Part shown: positions 53,397 to 64,000 of the stretch, piece after piece
Position numbering within the stretch: position 1 is the first letter of the stretch
Layout: each line of letters opens with the position of its first letter
NCBI RefSeq assembly: GCF_030028105.1
Contig: NC_092377.1
Location: 103,779,177-103,843,176, forward strand
DNA: 64,000 bases
Direction of reading: 5' to 3'
Origin: Mobula birostris
Taxonomy: Eukaryota
The notes under the pieces: generated by a model
Databases searched by the model: none
Told to the model about the DNA's origin: nothing
What the model saw: the letters and a program-made list of their open reading frames with translations, nothing else
Program-made: the position numbers and the translations under genes

Positions 53397-53447
53397 CCAA
53401 ATTCCGAGCGGGTTCCAAATATTTTTGGGACTAAAACCGACAGAAAA

Positions 53448-53877
53448 GTGCCTGTTCTGGCGAAAGCTCCCAAGAAGGGGCCAAGAAAGCCGCGTCCAAG
53501 GGCAGCAAGAAGCGCAAGAGAACGAAGAGGGAGACTGATAGTGTCTATATCTACAAAGCGATGAAGCAGGTTCACCCCAACACAGGTATTTCCTCCAAGG
53601 CCGTGTGCATCATGGGCTCTACCGTGAACAACATTTCTGACCGCATCGCAGGCGAAGCTTTCCGCCTAGCCCGTTACAACAAGCGGTCGACCATCACTTC
53701 TCGGGAGATCCAGACTGCCGTGCGCCTGTTGCTGCCCGGGGAGCTGGCCAAGCACGCCGTGTCGGAAGGGACAAAGGCGGTGAACAAGTACACCAGCTCC
53801 AAGTGAAGCTCCACAGAGTGCTGACTAAACACAACGGCTCTTTTAACAGCCACTCAATGTCTCGCTGAAAGAGTTGC
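53448..53877 (+). pseudogene. H2B: Histone H2B pseudogene (GTG in place of ATG, -1 frameshift near 53480, many core substitutions, mismatched stem-loop)
   Basis: [51 protein letters not shown]; stem-loop ggctcttttaacagcc 53836-53851; HDE gaaagagttg. Confidence 0.9.
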
Positions 53878-54739
53878 TCCAATATTTCAACAGTGAAACA
53901 TAACAACCAATTCCTTGGAGATTGTCAGTTTGGAAGCAATTGTGATTTATGTTGATGTCAGTTGGTGGTCCACCTGTCCGTCCTGTTCCATGCTGGGGTC
54001 TCTCTCCCTACCCGTCGTACAGACACCGAGACTTAACCTTTCCTATATCAGCTTGGTTTGATCTTCAGACATTCATACACAACTTTACACAAAGAGCTTA
54101 TTCTTGCGGGGTAGATTTTTGCTGTTGTCTATGCAGCTTAATTGCGGTGATAGCGGTTAATTACCTGCCGTTAGGTGATGTAACTGTCCTGAATCCTATT
54201 CAGAATCTACTTGAGATTCACGATCCTTTCGCAAAACAACTTCACGTCGCAATCCCAAACACAGTTCATAACGTGATGCTTTTTAAATAATAAAAAAATA
54301 CTGTCATGTTTTCTATCGATCAGCATTTGATCCGATCGGCAATTCAATACGAGTGTACCATACGGCAGAACTAACTTTCGGGGACTCTGCGGGTCATGCA
54401 CAGTACTATGTATTATTTCTGTGTATCCTGCGTATTAATTTTAAATTATTTCCACGATTTGCCCTCTTCTGCACATTGCTGGTTTGACGGTGGGTGGATG
54501 TTCATGGATTATATTGTTTTCTTACTTTATTGGGGCCTATAAGAAGATGAAGTTCAAGGTTGTGTACGGTGTACATATTTGAGAAATAAACTTTGAATAT
54601 TAAACTTTTGGGCAACATATAGTTTAAATGGATCAGGATCGTGTAACATCTCATATTCACAGATCTATTAAGCTTTGGCCTGTTCTATAAAAATATTTTG
54701 CTACGGACGCACACATTACACGTGTCTTTCCCTGTTGTC

Positions 54740-54880
54740 GCCTGTTCATTGGTGACTGAAGCCGCCGTCTGATTGGGCTTTTTCACTCACCAATGAGATT
54801 GCGCAGTTTACCTCCATTCAAGCGCCACTCCAGAATCATCCCGGAAGCGCTGACGATGGCGGAAGCAACTACATTCTCGA
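54740..54880. promoter_or_regulatory. Orphan promoter-like module between the H2B and H2A 3' ends
   Basis: CCAAT at 54748, 54772 and 54790; ETS ccggaag 54841; YY1-like gatggcgg 54855; actaca 54868. Confidence 0.45.
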
Positions 54881-55044
54881 TGAAAAGAGACAATTCGGGA
54901 ATAGGAGGGAGTCCGGGTTGAAGGAGAGTGCTCCGAGTAGAAATAATGCAGTTTGTTTTTTCTTCAGGGGATGAAAAGCGATTTAGACCGAGTCTGTGGC
55001 AGACACCCAGAACGGAAATCCCCCAGACTCACCCAGTCGGTGCT

Positions 55045-55085
55045 CAGCCCTTCCACAGACAATCTGGGTGGCTCTGAAAAGAGCC
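55045..55085 (-). terminator. Histone stem-loop (55070-55085) and HDE of H2A
   Basis: Minus strand GGCTCTTTTCAGAGCC followed by GGAAGGGCTG. Confidence 0.93.
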
Positions 55086-55115
55086 TTTGGGTTTTTAAAT
55101 TGTCGTTTTATGTCT

Positions 55116-55703
<588 letters not shown>

Positions 55704-55744
55704 TCACTCCTCAAAAGGACATGAAATTAGAAAAAAACTTCTAA

Positions 55745-56840
55745 GTATATCTATTATCAAAGTATGTATCTTATTTACAGCCTTGAAATTCATCTCCTTA
55801 GAGGCAGTTACAAAGCAAAGAAACACAGAAGAACTCATTAAAAAAGACTCTCAAACACCCAATGTGTAAAAAACAAATCGTGCAAACAATAAGTAAACAA
55901 ATAGTATTCAGAATTAAAGTTCATGAAACGGAGTTCATAGCCTGAAATTATTTCCTGAAACAGAAGTATTGAAGCGCTTGCAGAAAAGTATTGATGAAAT
56001 ATTAAGAAAATGTGTATGACATTTAATAGAGCCACTGGGTTTTCAATGGGTACATTTAATGTCAGAGAAATGTGTATAATATACAACCTAAAATTGTTTT
56101 TCTTTGCAAACATCCATAAAAACAGAGGAGTCCCCAAAGAATGATTGACAGTTAAACATTAGAACCCCAAAGCCCCCCAACTCCCCCTGGCACACACAAG
56201 CAGCAACAAAGCAATGAACCTCCTCCCCCACCAGTGAAAGAGCATCGGCACTCTTCACTGAGCACTCAAGCGTGCAGCAAAGCATCAATGAAGACAGAGT
56301 TGCAGTACCCCAAAGACTATTTGTTCACCCATAATTAGACATACCACAGGATCTCTCTCTCTCTCCCTAATAAGGGAAAAAGTGGTGTCACTGTTTCACA
56401 GCGAGAGGGGAGACATAACAAACAACTCGCTGATTAATGATGTTAAAAGTCTGTTGTGTCACTTTTTCCGAGCTCTGCGCCCGGAGAGTCGGTCCCAGAA
56501 AGGCTCAGGTCTATGGACACACAGCCCATGGCAGCTAATCCGCTGCTCCTAATGTTCTGTGTTCTCCTGTGATGCCTCAGTCAGAGGTACCAGCCTTGAC
56601 TGAGCCTGTCTCCAGAGCCACGAAAATCCAGCACCCTGAAGGCAGACTAGTCTTCCAGGCCACGTCCTTGGAATATCAAAAAGTGGCAGGTCGTGAGGCC
56701 CTGAGAGCAGGTCCCTTTCCTGCAAAGAACTAAAGTCAGAGTGTAACTCCAGGTCAGGGTCTTCAAAAGAACCTTGAAAAGGGAAAAAAAGAGATATCAC
56801 AGATAGAAATAGAGCTATTTCCAAAGATGCAAGCAAAGAA
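55745..56840 (-). repeat. Unclassified interspersed repeat(s), probably non-LTR 3' tails
   Basis: Repeat-like composition and no coding signal; family not identified. Confidence 0.3.
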
Positions 56841-56859
56841 GTCACCGTTTAGCGCCATC

Positions 56860-57722
56860 ATCACTTCGCTTAGCCCCTCCTTTCATTGTCTCAGTTTGTC
56901 CTGATGACTCTGGATGATGTGAGCAATGAAAAGACCATTCAATGATCATCAGTCCATGTAATTCTCGACAAGCATTTCCAGTGGAATATGTTGCTTGGTC
57001 AGAGACAATGTGACATGGCAATCTCCATCTCGAAATATAGTCCTTAATCAGATTTTTGTCTCTGTGGCTCTTCTTGCTGGGATGGCTTCCACCCATCTTG
57101 AAATTTGTCCACTCATCTAAAACATCTGAATATCCTTGGCACTTTGGTAAAGTAATGTAATCCACTTGTAGATGGAAAAACGAACCAAGTGGGGCAGGAA
57201 CCCCGAGTCGTGGTATCTTTTCTGTTGATCCGGGGTTTGTTTTCTGACACGTCATACACCTTTCAACTGTTTGTCGAGCTTGCATCCTGAACTTTGCATC
57301 CACCACCACTGGGAGAATCTGTTGACCATCTTTTGCACTCCAATGTGCCCCAAGGAGTATATCTACTGAGCCAGATGAGGCAGTAGTTCATTTGGGGCCA
57401 CTAGTCGATCACTAGTGCCATAACTCCACACTCCATCGTTATTTATCAACTCACCATTTTCCACCCAGTAACACTTCCCTTCATTTGAGCACTGATCTTG
57501 CATTTCTTAAATATCTTGTATGTTTGTTTGTGATACAGAGTTTAACTTGGTTTCATTTACAGGTATCTGGTTTTGTTCTATTTCTTTTATTCCTTCTCTT
57601 GCTGCTCTTTTTCCAGTTTTGTTTGCGAAGGTATTTCCACGGATTTCCATTGTGGTCATTATAGAGTGACCCTTACATTTCAATACAGCAACTTCTGATG
57701 GCAGTTGTATCAGGTCCATAAG
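56860..57722 (-). mobile_element. Endogenous retrovirus (class I/epsilon-like) pol fragment: RNase H C-terminus plus integrase
   Basis: LPSEVAVLKCKGH..GN.FA.K.GK.AA; CMTCQK; LQVDYITLPKCQGY; SDQAT..TG; HPESSGQ.E. Confidence 0.75.
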
Positions 57723-58310
57723 TTCTCATGCTGGATGGTCATTCCTACGAAAAATAAAACCAGAAAGCTTCTGACCCTTCTGCTGACGCATGTTCTGAAA
57801 CCCCACCATGAGCTCCATTGGGCTTCCAGTCGGGCCAAAACTATTGTCCAGTGCTTGCAGATAATTGACAGCTGTCGCCACAAGAGATTTCAACCTGACG
57901 GCTCTCACAACATCAGCGGCACGCCCATTCAAACTTTCAAACAATCTCTGTCAGTTTTCATCGTCAGAGCACTGCCCCTCATCTAACCACTGAGAGGTCT
58001 GCTCTGCCCAAGTCTCATACTGCTCCTCCCCTTCAGGGGTGGGCATTATTCCAGAGAATAGACGGAGCCTACCATAGCTGGGACTTTGAATCTCATTTTT
58101 CCATTTATTCACCAGAAAGGTAAGGGTGGATACTAACTCAGAATTCTCACTCCTCACCGGGCGACCTGGACTAATTAGACATTCCAAATCCGACCACTCT
58201 TTCCCCTCACTCCTCAGAAATGAGAGAACCCTGTCTTTGAAATCTCCACCCCCAGCTACTGCTACCTCAGCACTGGTCTGCATTTCTGCAGTTCTGGTCA
58301 CCCGCTTATT
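57723..58310 (-). mobile_element. Gypsy-type gag fragment, PNMA/Ma-like capsid, one in-frame stop
   Basis: RLRLFSG..PTPEGEEQYETW.EQ..CSDDEN*QRLFESL.G.AADVVR..YLQAL..FG; the two ORFs are in the same frame across TGA 57951-57953. Confidence 0.8.
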
Positions 58311-59259
58311 GGAAGAACGTCGTTAAGCTGGAATGGGGCAGAAGGTTTAGGGGAGTCTAAAACTGGAGGAGATCATGTCAAAGGGAAGAGACTCAAAAGG
58401 GACCCGAGGAACAACATTTTCCACACAGAGGGTGGTGGGTATATGGTACGAGCAGCCAGAGGAAGCTGCAGAGGAGAGTACAGTTACGATGTTTAACGGG
58501 AGGGGTGGAAATAGTCCGTGATAGACAGAGTAGAGGGCGGCTTCTCTTCTTTATGATCCACAACCGCCAGCTTCCAACGGTTTGGCTGCAACGGAGCAGC
58601 CCAGCGTCCCGGGAAAAAAAAAACAACAGATGCACAGATCCGATATCGAAGGTCGGTCTGTAACATTACCGCCTCATGCCCTGGATAACTGATGCAAACC
58701 TCTTCAAATTTCTGCTCAATGCTCCGAAAATTAACCGATGATATTCTGGGAAAAAATAAACACGCAGACCAGAATTCTGAAATTGAAGTAAAACACAGCT
58801 CAGGCAGCAACCCTGGTCAGAGAAACAGAGTTAACGTTTCAGGCAGGAACCTCTTCATCAGATAATATTCTGCTATCTTTCAACATTTAGATAATGTGCT
58901 TTATTGCATATTTTCCTGCAAAAAATGTACAATCTCACTTCCTCCCAAAATCTCTCTCTCTATTGCCTCCTTACCCCATCTTCACAACTTAACGTTCCCA
59001 GTTCTCTTTATGTCACCAGTAGGTTCAGTATTCACGGTGAGCCTTTATTTTCCTGACTCCCTGTGAAGGAGCAGCTTATCAAATGGATATCTCAGTTCAG
59101 GACAACCACCGTTTCCTTTATCCGCAGCTTGTGTTCCCAGTTCAAAGATTCGAATGTAATTGAGAAACGTGGAATCACTTTCACAAAACCCTGTCCACTT
59201 CGCCTGATTGTTTGAAGTTTTGGAAATGTGCATTTATTCTCCCTGTTGTTACAGCTTCA

Positions 59260-62030
59260 AGCGTTCTCTGGGACAGGTGATTAACTGTAGACAGGTGACC
59301 AGAATTGCACACAATACTCTAAATTTGGCCTCAATCAACTTTAACATAACATCCCAACTCCTGTACCCAACGTTTTGATTTATGAAGGCCAATGTGCCCA
59401 GAGCTCTCTCTACGACCCTACCTACCTGTGACTCCACTTTCAAGATCACACTGCAAGCTTCAATATCCTTCCTCGCTGTCCACTATACCCATAATCTTGC
59501 TGTCATCTGCAAATGTGCCTATCTGTTTTACCACATTATCATCCAGATCGTTGATCTAGATGACAAACAAAAATGGACCCAGCACTGATCCCTGCTTAAT
59601 AGAGGAGACGAGATAGATATAGGAAATGATGAGGGGAAGAGTGTGGGTAGATTGCAAAGAGCTTACCCCATATCGAAAGTAGATAATGTACTGGATGGGA
59701 AGGGGGATGTGGGATGTTAGGTTGAGAGAGCAAGAGAGTGAGAGAGGAGTGATTACCCGGAAAGCACTGCCAGAGAGAATGGCAGAAGATTTGCTGATAC
59801 TATTTCAGAAATGTCTCATCAAACACTTGAATTACCCAGGCTACAGGCCAAATACTAGAAGAAGGGATTAGTATGGTTGGTATAGAGATGACGGGCTGAG
59901 TGGCCTGTAAGTGCCGTAACATTCTGCAATAGTGAAAATCAACTAAACTCCGCTACTAGAATCATGTAAACCAGATCAATATGATAATCATATTCACCAT
60001 CTCTGCCCCCATTAACTCTTTTGACCTGCTATTCATTTCATCCCAAGGATCTCTCTGCCAATCCTTTCTGCAAATTAAAATGAACTTTGTTTTCTCTCAC
60101 TTTACAAATTCTGACCTGAAATATTCACTCTGTTTGTCTTTCCATAGACTCTTCCTGAGCTGCTGAGGGTATCCAGCGTTCTCTGCTGTAGTTTCAATTA
60201 CAAACCTTTCCATTTGGTTTTGATCTTTTCATCATTTAAAACCACAGGGATCAGTGCCTGGTCCCATGTTGTTTGTCATGTATATTAATGACTTGGATGT
60301 TACTGTTGATTAATAAATTGATTGTTTTGATAAATAAATTACCATTTTAGATTGAAGGCCTGTAACCAGTGGTACTTCTGTGTATTTTGTTTGTCGGCTA
60401 TATTGACAATTTAGATGAGAATATATCTGGCATCTTTACTAAGTCTGCAGTTGATACCAAAACTGATAATATTCTGAAGTGAAGAAGATCATTCACGTTA
60501 AAATGGAACATTGGACAACTACAAAATTTGGCCAGGAAATGACAGGTGGAATTTAATTCAGACAAATGCTGAATATTATATTTTAGTCAGTCAAACCAGA
60601 GCAAAAGATTACCCAGTAAGTGGCTGTGCCCTGGACATAGTTGCACAATGGAGGGACCTCAGGATAGAATTCCTGCAAGTGAAGAAAGTGCTCGACTTCA
60701 CTTGCCTTCATTGATCAGGCCGTTGAGTACATGTGTTTGGATGTTATGTTCCAACTGTACAGGATGTTGATTAGACTGCACTTGGGGTACTAATGTGTAG
60801 TTCTGGTCACCTTGATGTGATTCAGCTGGAAAGGGCACAGAATGGTTCACAAGATAGTGACTGGGACTGGAGGGCTTGAGTTCCAACGAGAGACTGGATG
60901 GGCTGTTTTCTCTGGAGCACAGGAAGATGAGGTGGGGGTTTAAAGAGGTTTATTAAATCATGGATAAATAAACAATCAGACATAAATTCTTCGGTAGCCT
61001 CACACTAACACTCTCTACCTTCCTCCAGTTCTTGTGAGCCTCTAAAATGTCTGTTCTCCTCCATCCTTGCCCCTTTTGAATCCTCACTTCCGGTTTTAGA
61101 TCGGAGCATCTGCTCTCTTGTTTCTCATATGCATTGGTGATTCGGATGAGAATGTAAATGGCTTAGCTCATACATTCACAGGTGACACCAAATTGGTGGT
61201 ATAGTGGACAATTCTGAAGTTTGTGATATAGATTCTTTCGGAACATGAGCAAGGAAATGGCAGATGGAATTTAACTCAGACAAGAACAGAGTGAGCCAAT
61301 TTGGTAATTTAGATTGGGGCATAAATGGCAGGGCCCTGGTGAGTGTTGTAAAACAGAGAGACAAGGGGCTGTGAGTACATAGATAGACAGGGTGGTGTAG
61401 AGACATCTGATATGTTTGCCTTCACCAGTTGGAGCACTGAGTAGAATTCCCTGGAGGTCATGTGACTGAGCACGAGGCATTCCTGAGACTTTACTTGGTG
61501 AACTATGTGTAATTTCGGTCACAGAGCCGCAGGAAATATGTCATTGGAGCTGGAAAGGGAGTAGAAAATATTCACAAGGATATCTCTGGGGCTGGAGTTA
61601 TCAGGAGAGGGCTTGAGTTATAAGCAGAGAACTGATAGACTGGGACTTTTCTCTGAAGTATAAGGGCTGAGTATAATGACTTTGTGCAGGTTTATGTAAT
61701 CATGAAGGGCATCGATAAGGTGGATGGTCAGAGTTTTTTCCCCTCAGTGGAGGGATGTCGACATGTAAAGGGCATAAATATGTTGTGAGAGGATAAAGAT
61801 TTTAAGGGACCTGAGGGGCAACATTTCCCATGGAAGGATACGTGGAGCAAGTTGTAGAGGTAGGTATATTCACAATATTTAAAATACGTCGGAGCAGGTA
61901 CATGGAGAAGAAAGATTTGGGATGAAATGGCCTAATTGAAGGCAATTGGGTGCAGTTGAGTTCGGCAGCTTGATCGGCCTGGGTGAGTTGGGCCAAAGGA
62001 ACCATTTCTGTGTTGTGTAAATCTGTGACT
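59260..62030. mobile_element. Mosaic of old CR1 fragments
   Basis: LAFINQ.V.YRS.DVML, W..WNLIQT and similar CR1 C-terminal remnants on both strands. Confidence 0.6.
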
Positions 62031-62344
62031 CTGTTTTGGGGAGTTAAACCAGGGAAGATGAACACAGTGAATGAAAGGGTCCTGTGGAGTGTAGTTCAGC
62101 TGTGAGACCGTGTGGGTTCCTGCCTCCATCATCCAAACCCAGCCCTGAGGGTATTGGTAACCTACCCCTGCTCCTGTTGGGTGCAGTCTTTCAGTGATTC
62201 TACTGTGTTTCTTGGATTTACTGTATATGCTCACAAGAAAATTAATCTTGGAGGTTGTATATAGTAACATCTATGTACTTTGATATTAGATTTATTTTAA
62301 ATTATGAAATATACCACCAAATTTGAAGTCATCTATAAATTTAA

Positions 62345-63200
62345 AAATCTGAGTGAGTGGTGCCACAACAACCACCTCTCATTCAACATCCACAAAACTG
62401 ACAAACTAATTACTGACTAGAGTAGGAAGAAATTGAGCATCCATTAGCCAGTGCCCATTAGGGGACCAGAGGTGGAGAGGGCAGAAACTTTAAATTTCTG
62501 GGCGCTATATCAAAGGAAAATTCCTGGAATTTATCATTTCAGAGGATCCGTGCAGGGACCAGCCTGTAACTGTCACTTCACAGAAAACATGGCGAGACTT
62601 TCTTGGAAGTTTGCATGGGTTCATCACGTCCTTCAAGCTGCGGCTAACTTCTATCGATGCACAGTGGAGGGTATCCTGACTGGCTGCATCACAGCCTGGT
62701 ATGGAAACACCAATGATCAAGAATGAAAAGCACAGTTCACGAGCAAAAGCCCTCCACCATTGACCACATCTACAAAGACTGCTGCCACCAGGAAGCAGCA
62801 TCAATCATCAAGGACGCCCACCATCCAGACCATGGTCTCTTCTCGCTGCTATCATCAGGAAGGAGGTACAAGAGCCTAAGCTCCCACACTGCCAGGTTCA
62901 GGAACAGTTATTACCCCTCACCCATCAGGCTCCTGAACCAGCACAGACATCTTCACTCACCACAGTACTGAACTGATCATTGAACACCCTTTCAAGGACT
63001 CTACAACTTGTGTTCTCAATATTATTATTTATAATCATTAGTTGTTTCTATTTGTATTTGCATAATTTGTCAGTCTTTGTGTGTAGTTTTAATTGATTCT
63101 ATTGTATGTATTTGTTCTACTGCGAACGCCTGAAGAAGATAAATCTCAGTGTCGTATTTGGTAGCAGATACATACTTTGATAACAAAATTAACTTTGAAC
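62345..63200 (+). mobile_element. Rex1/Babar-type LINE 3' fragment
   Basis: WC.NN.L..N..KT, FYRCTVEGILTGCITAWYGN, HP.HGLFSLL.SGRRY.SL..T.RFRNSYYP..IRLLN. Confidence 0.8.
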
Positions 63201-63554
63201 TGTACAAGATGTTGTGAGATTGCCTTTGCAGTATAGTGCGTAGTTCTGGTCACCTCGCTGCAGGTACAATGTGATTCAGCTGGAGAGGGTGCAGAAAACA
63301 CTCACAAGGATGTGACTGTGACTGAAGAGTTTGCGTTGCAAGGAGAGACTGGATAGACAGGGACTGTTTTCTCTGGAATGTGGGATGCTTAGGGGTTATC
63401 TTATAGGGGTTTATATAACTGTGAGGGGTTCAGATTGGATAGATGGTCACAGTCTTTTTCACCCAGGCCAGAGAATAAATAAAGAACATAAATGTATTGT
63501 GAGAGGTTAAAGATCTAATGGGCCTGAAGGGCAAATTTTTCACTCAGAGTTTAG

Positions 63555-63898
63555 AAACAGAGAAAGCCGACAGCCCAATACAGGCCCTTCAGCCACAATG
63601 CTGTGTCGAACATGTACTTACTTCAGAAATTACCTCAGGTAACCCATAGCCCTCTATTTTTCTAAGCCCCATGTACCGATCCAACAGTCTCTTAGAAGAC
63701 CCTATTGGTTCCACCTCCACCACTGTTGCTGGCAGCCCATTCCACGCACTCGCCACTCTCTTTGTGAAAAACTTACCCCTGACATCTCCTCTGTACCTAC
63801 TTCCAAGCACCTTAAACCTGTGTCCTCTCGTGTTAGCCATTTCAGCCCTGGGAAAAATCCTCTGATTATCCACACAATCAATGCCTCTCATCATCTTT
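63555..63898 (-). mobile_element. CR1 3' end, relatively young
   Basis: MRGID.VD.Q.IFPR..TRGHRFKV..FFT.RV..WN.LP; same subfamily as 17733-22730. Confidence 0.85.
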
Positions 63899-64000
63899 TA
63901 GACAATAGACAATAGGTGCAGGAGTAGGCCATTCTCCCGGAGGGAAGAGGGACGAAAAGTGTGTTGGCTGGGTGGGTCGTGTACTCAAGTGGGGTCTGAC

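Noticed and set aside
53561-53806. 81-aa ORF as a tailless H2B variant
   Set aside because: It starts at an internal Met after a frameshift; core substitutions and the broken stem-loop indicate decay.

Overview
Repeat-rich vertebrate genomic DNA. The CR1/Penelope/V-SINE repeat complement suggests a cartilaginous fish, probably a ray or shark (inference). Three apparently intact genes are present: a 17-finger C2H2 zinc-finger gene with no effector domain, behind a CpG-rich promoter (11925-13385 +); a replication-dependent histone H3.2 (28033-28443 -); and a histone H2A (55116-55505 -). There are also pseudogenes: H2B, a truncated inverted H3 copy, and a ZNF paralog split by a CR1 insertion. 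The rest is mostly decayed CR1 LINEs, Penelope-like element (PLE) pieces with hammerhead-ribozyme motifs, V-SINEs, and Tc1, Rex-Babar, PNMA-like Gypsy gag and ERV pol fragments. The most notable structures are a CR1 with a twin-priming-type 5' inversion and TSD, palindromic PLE-terminus mini-insertions with TSDs, a repeated twin-CCAAT module downstream of histone genes, and an N run exactly as long as the missing H3 sequence. I found no clearly new coding system. Repeat boundaries are approximate (read by eye).
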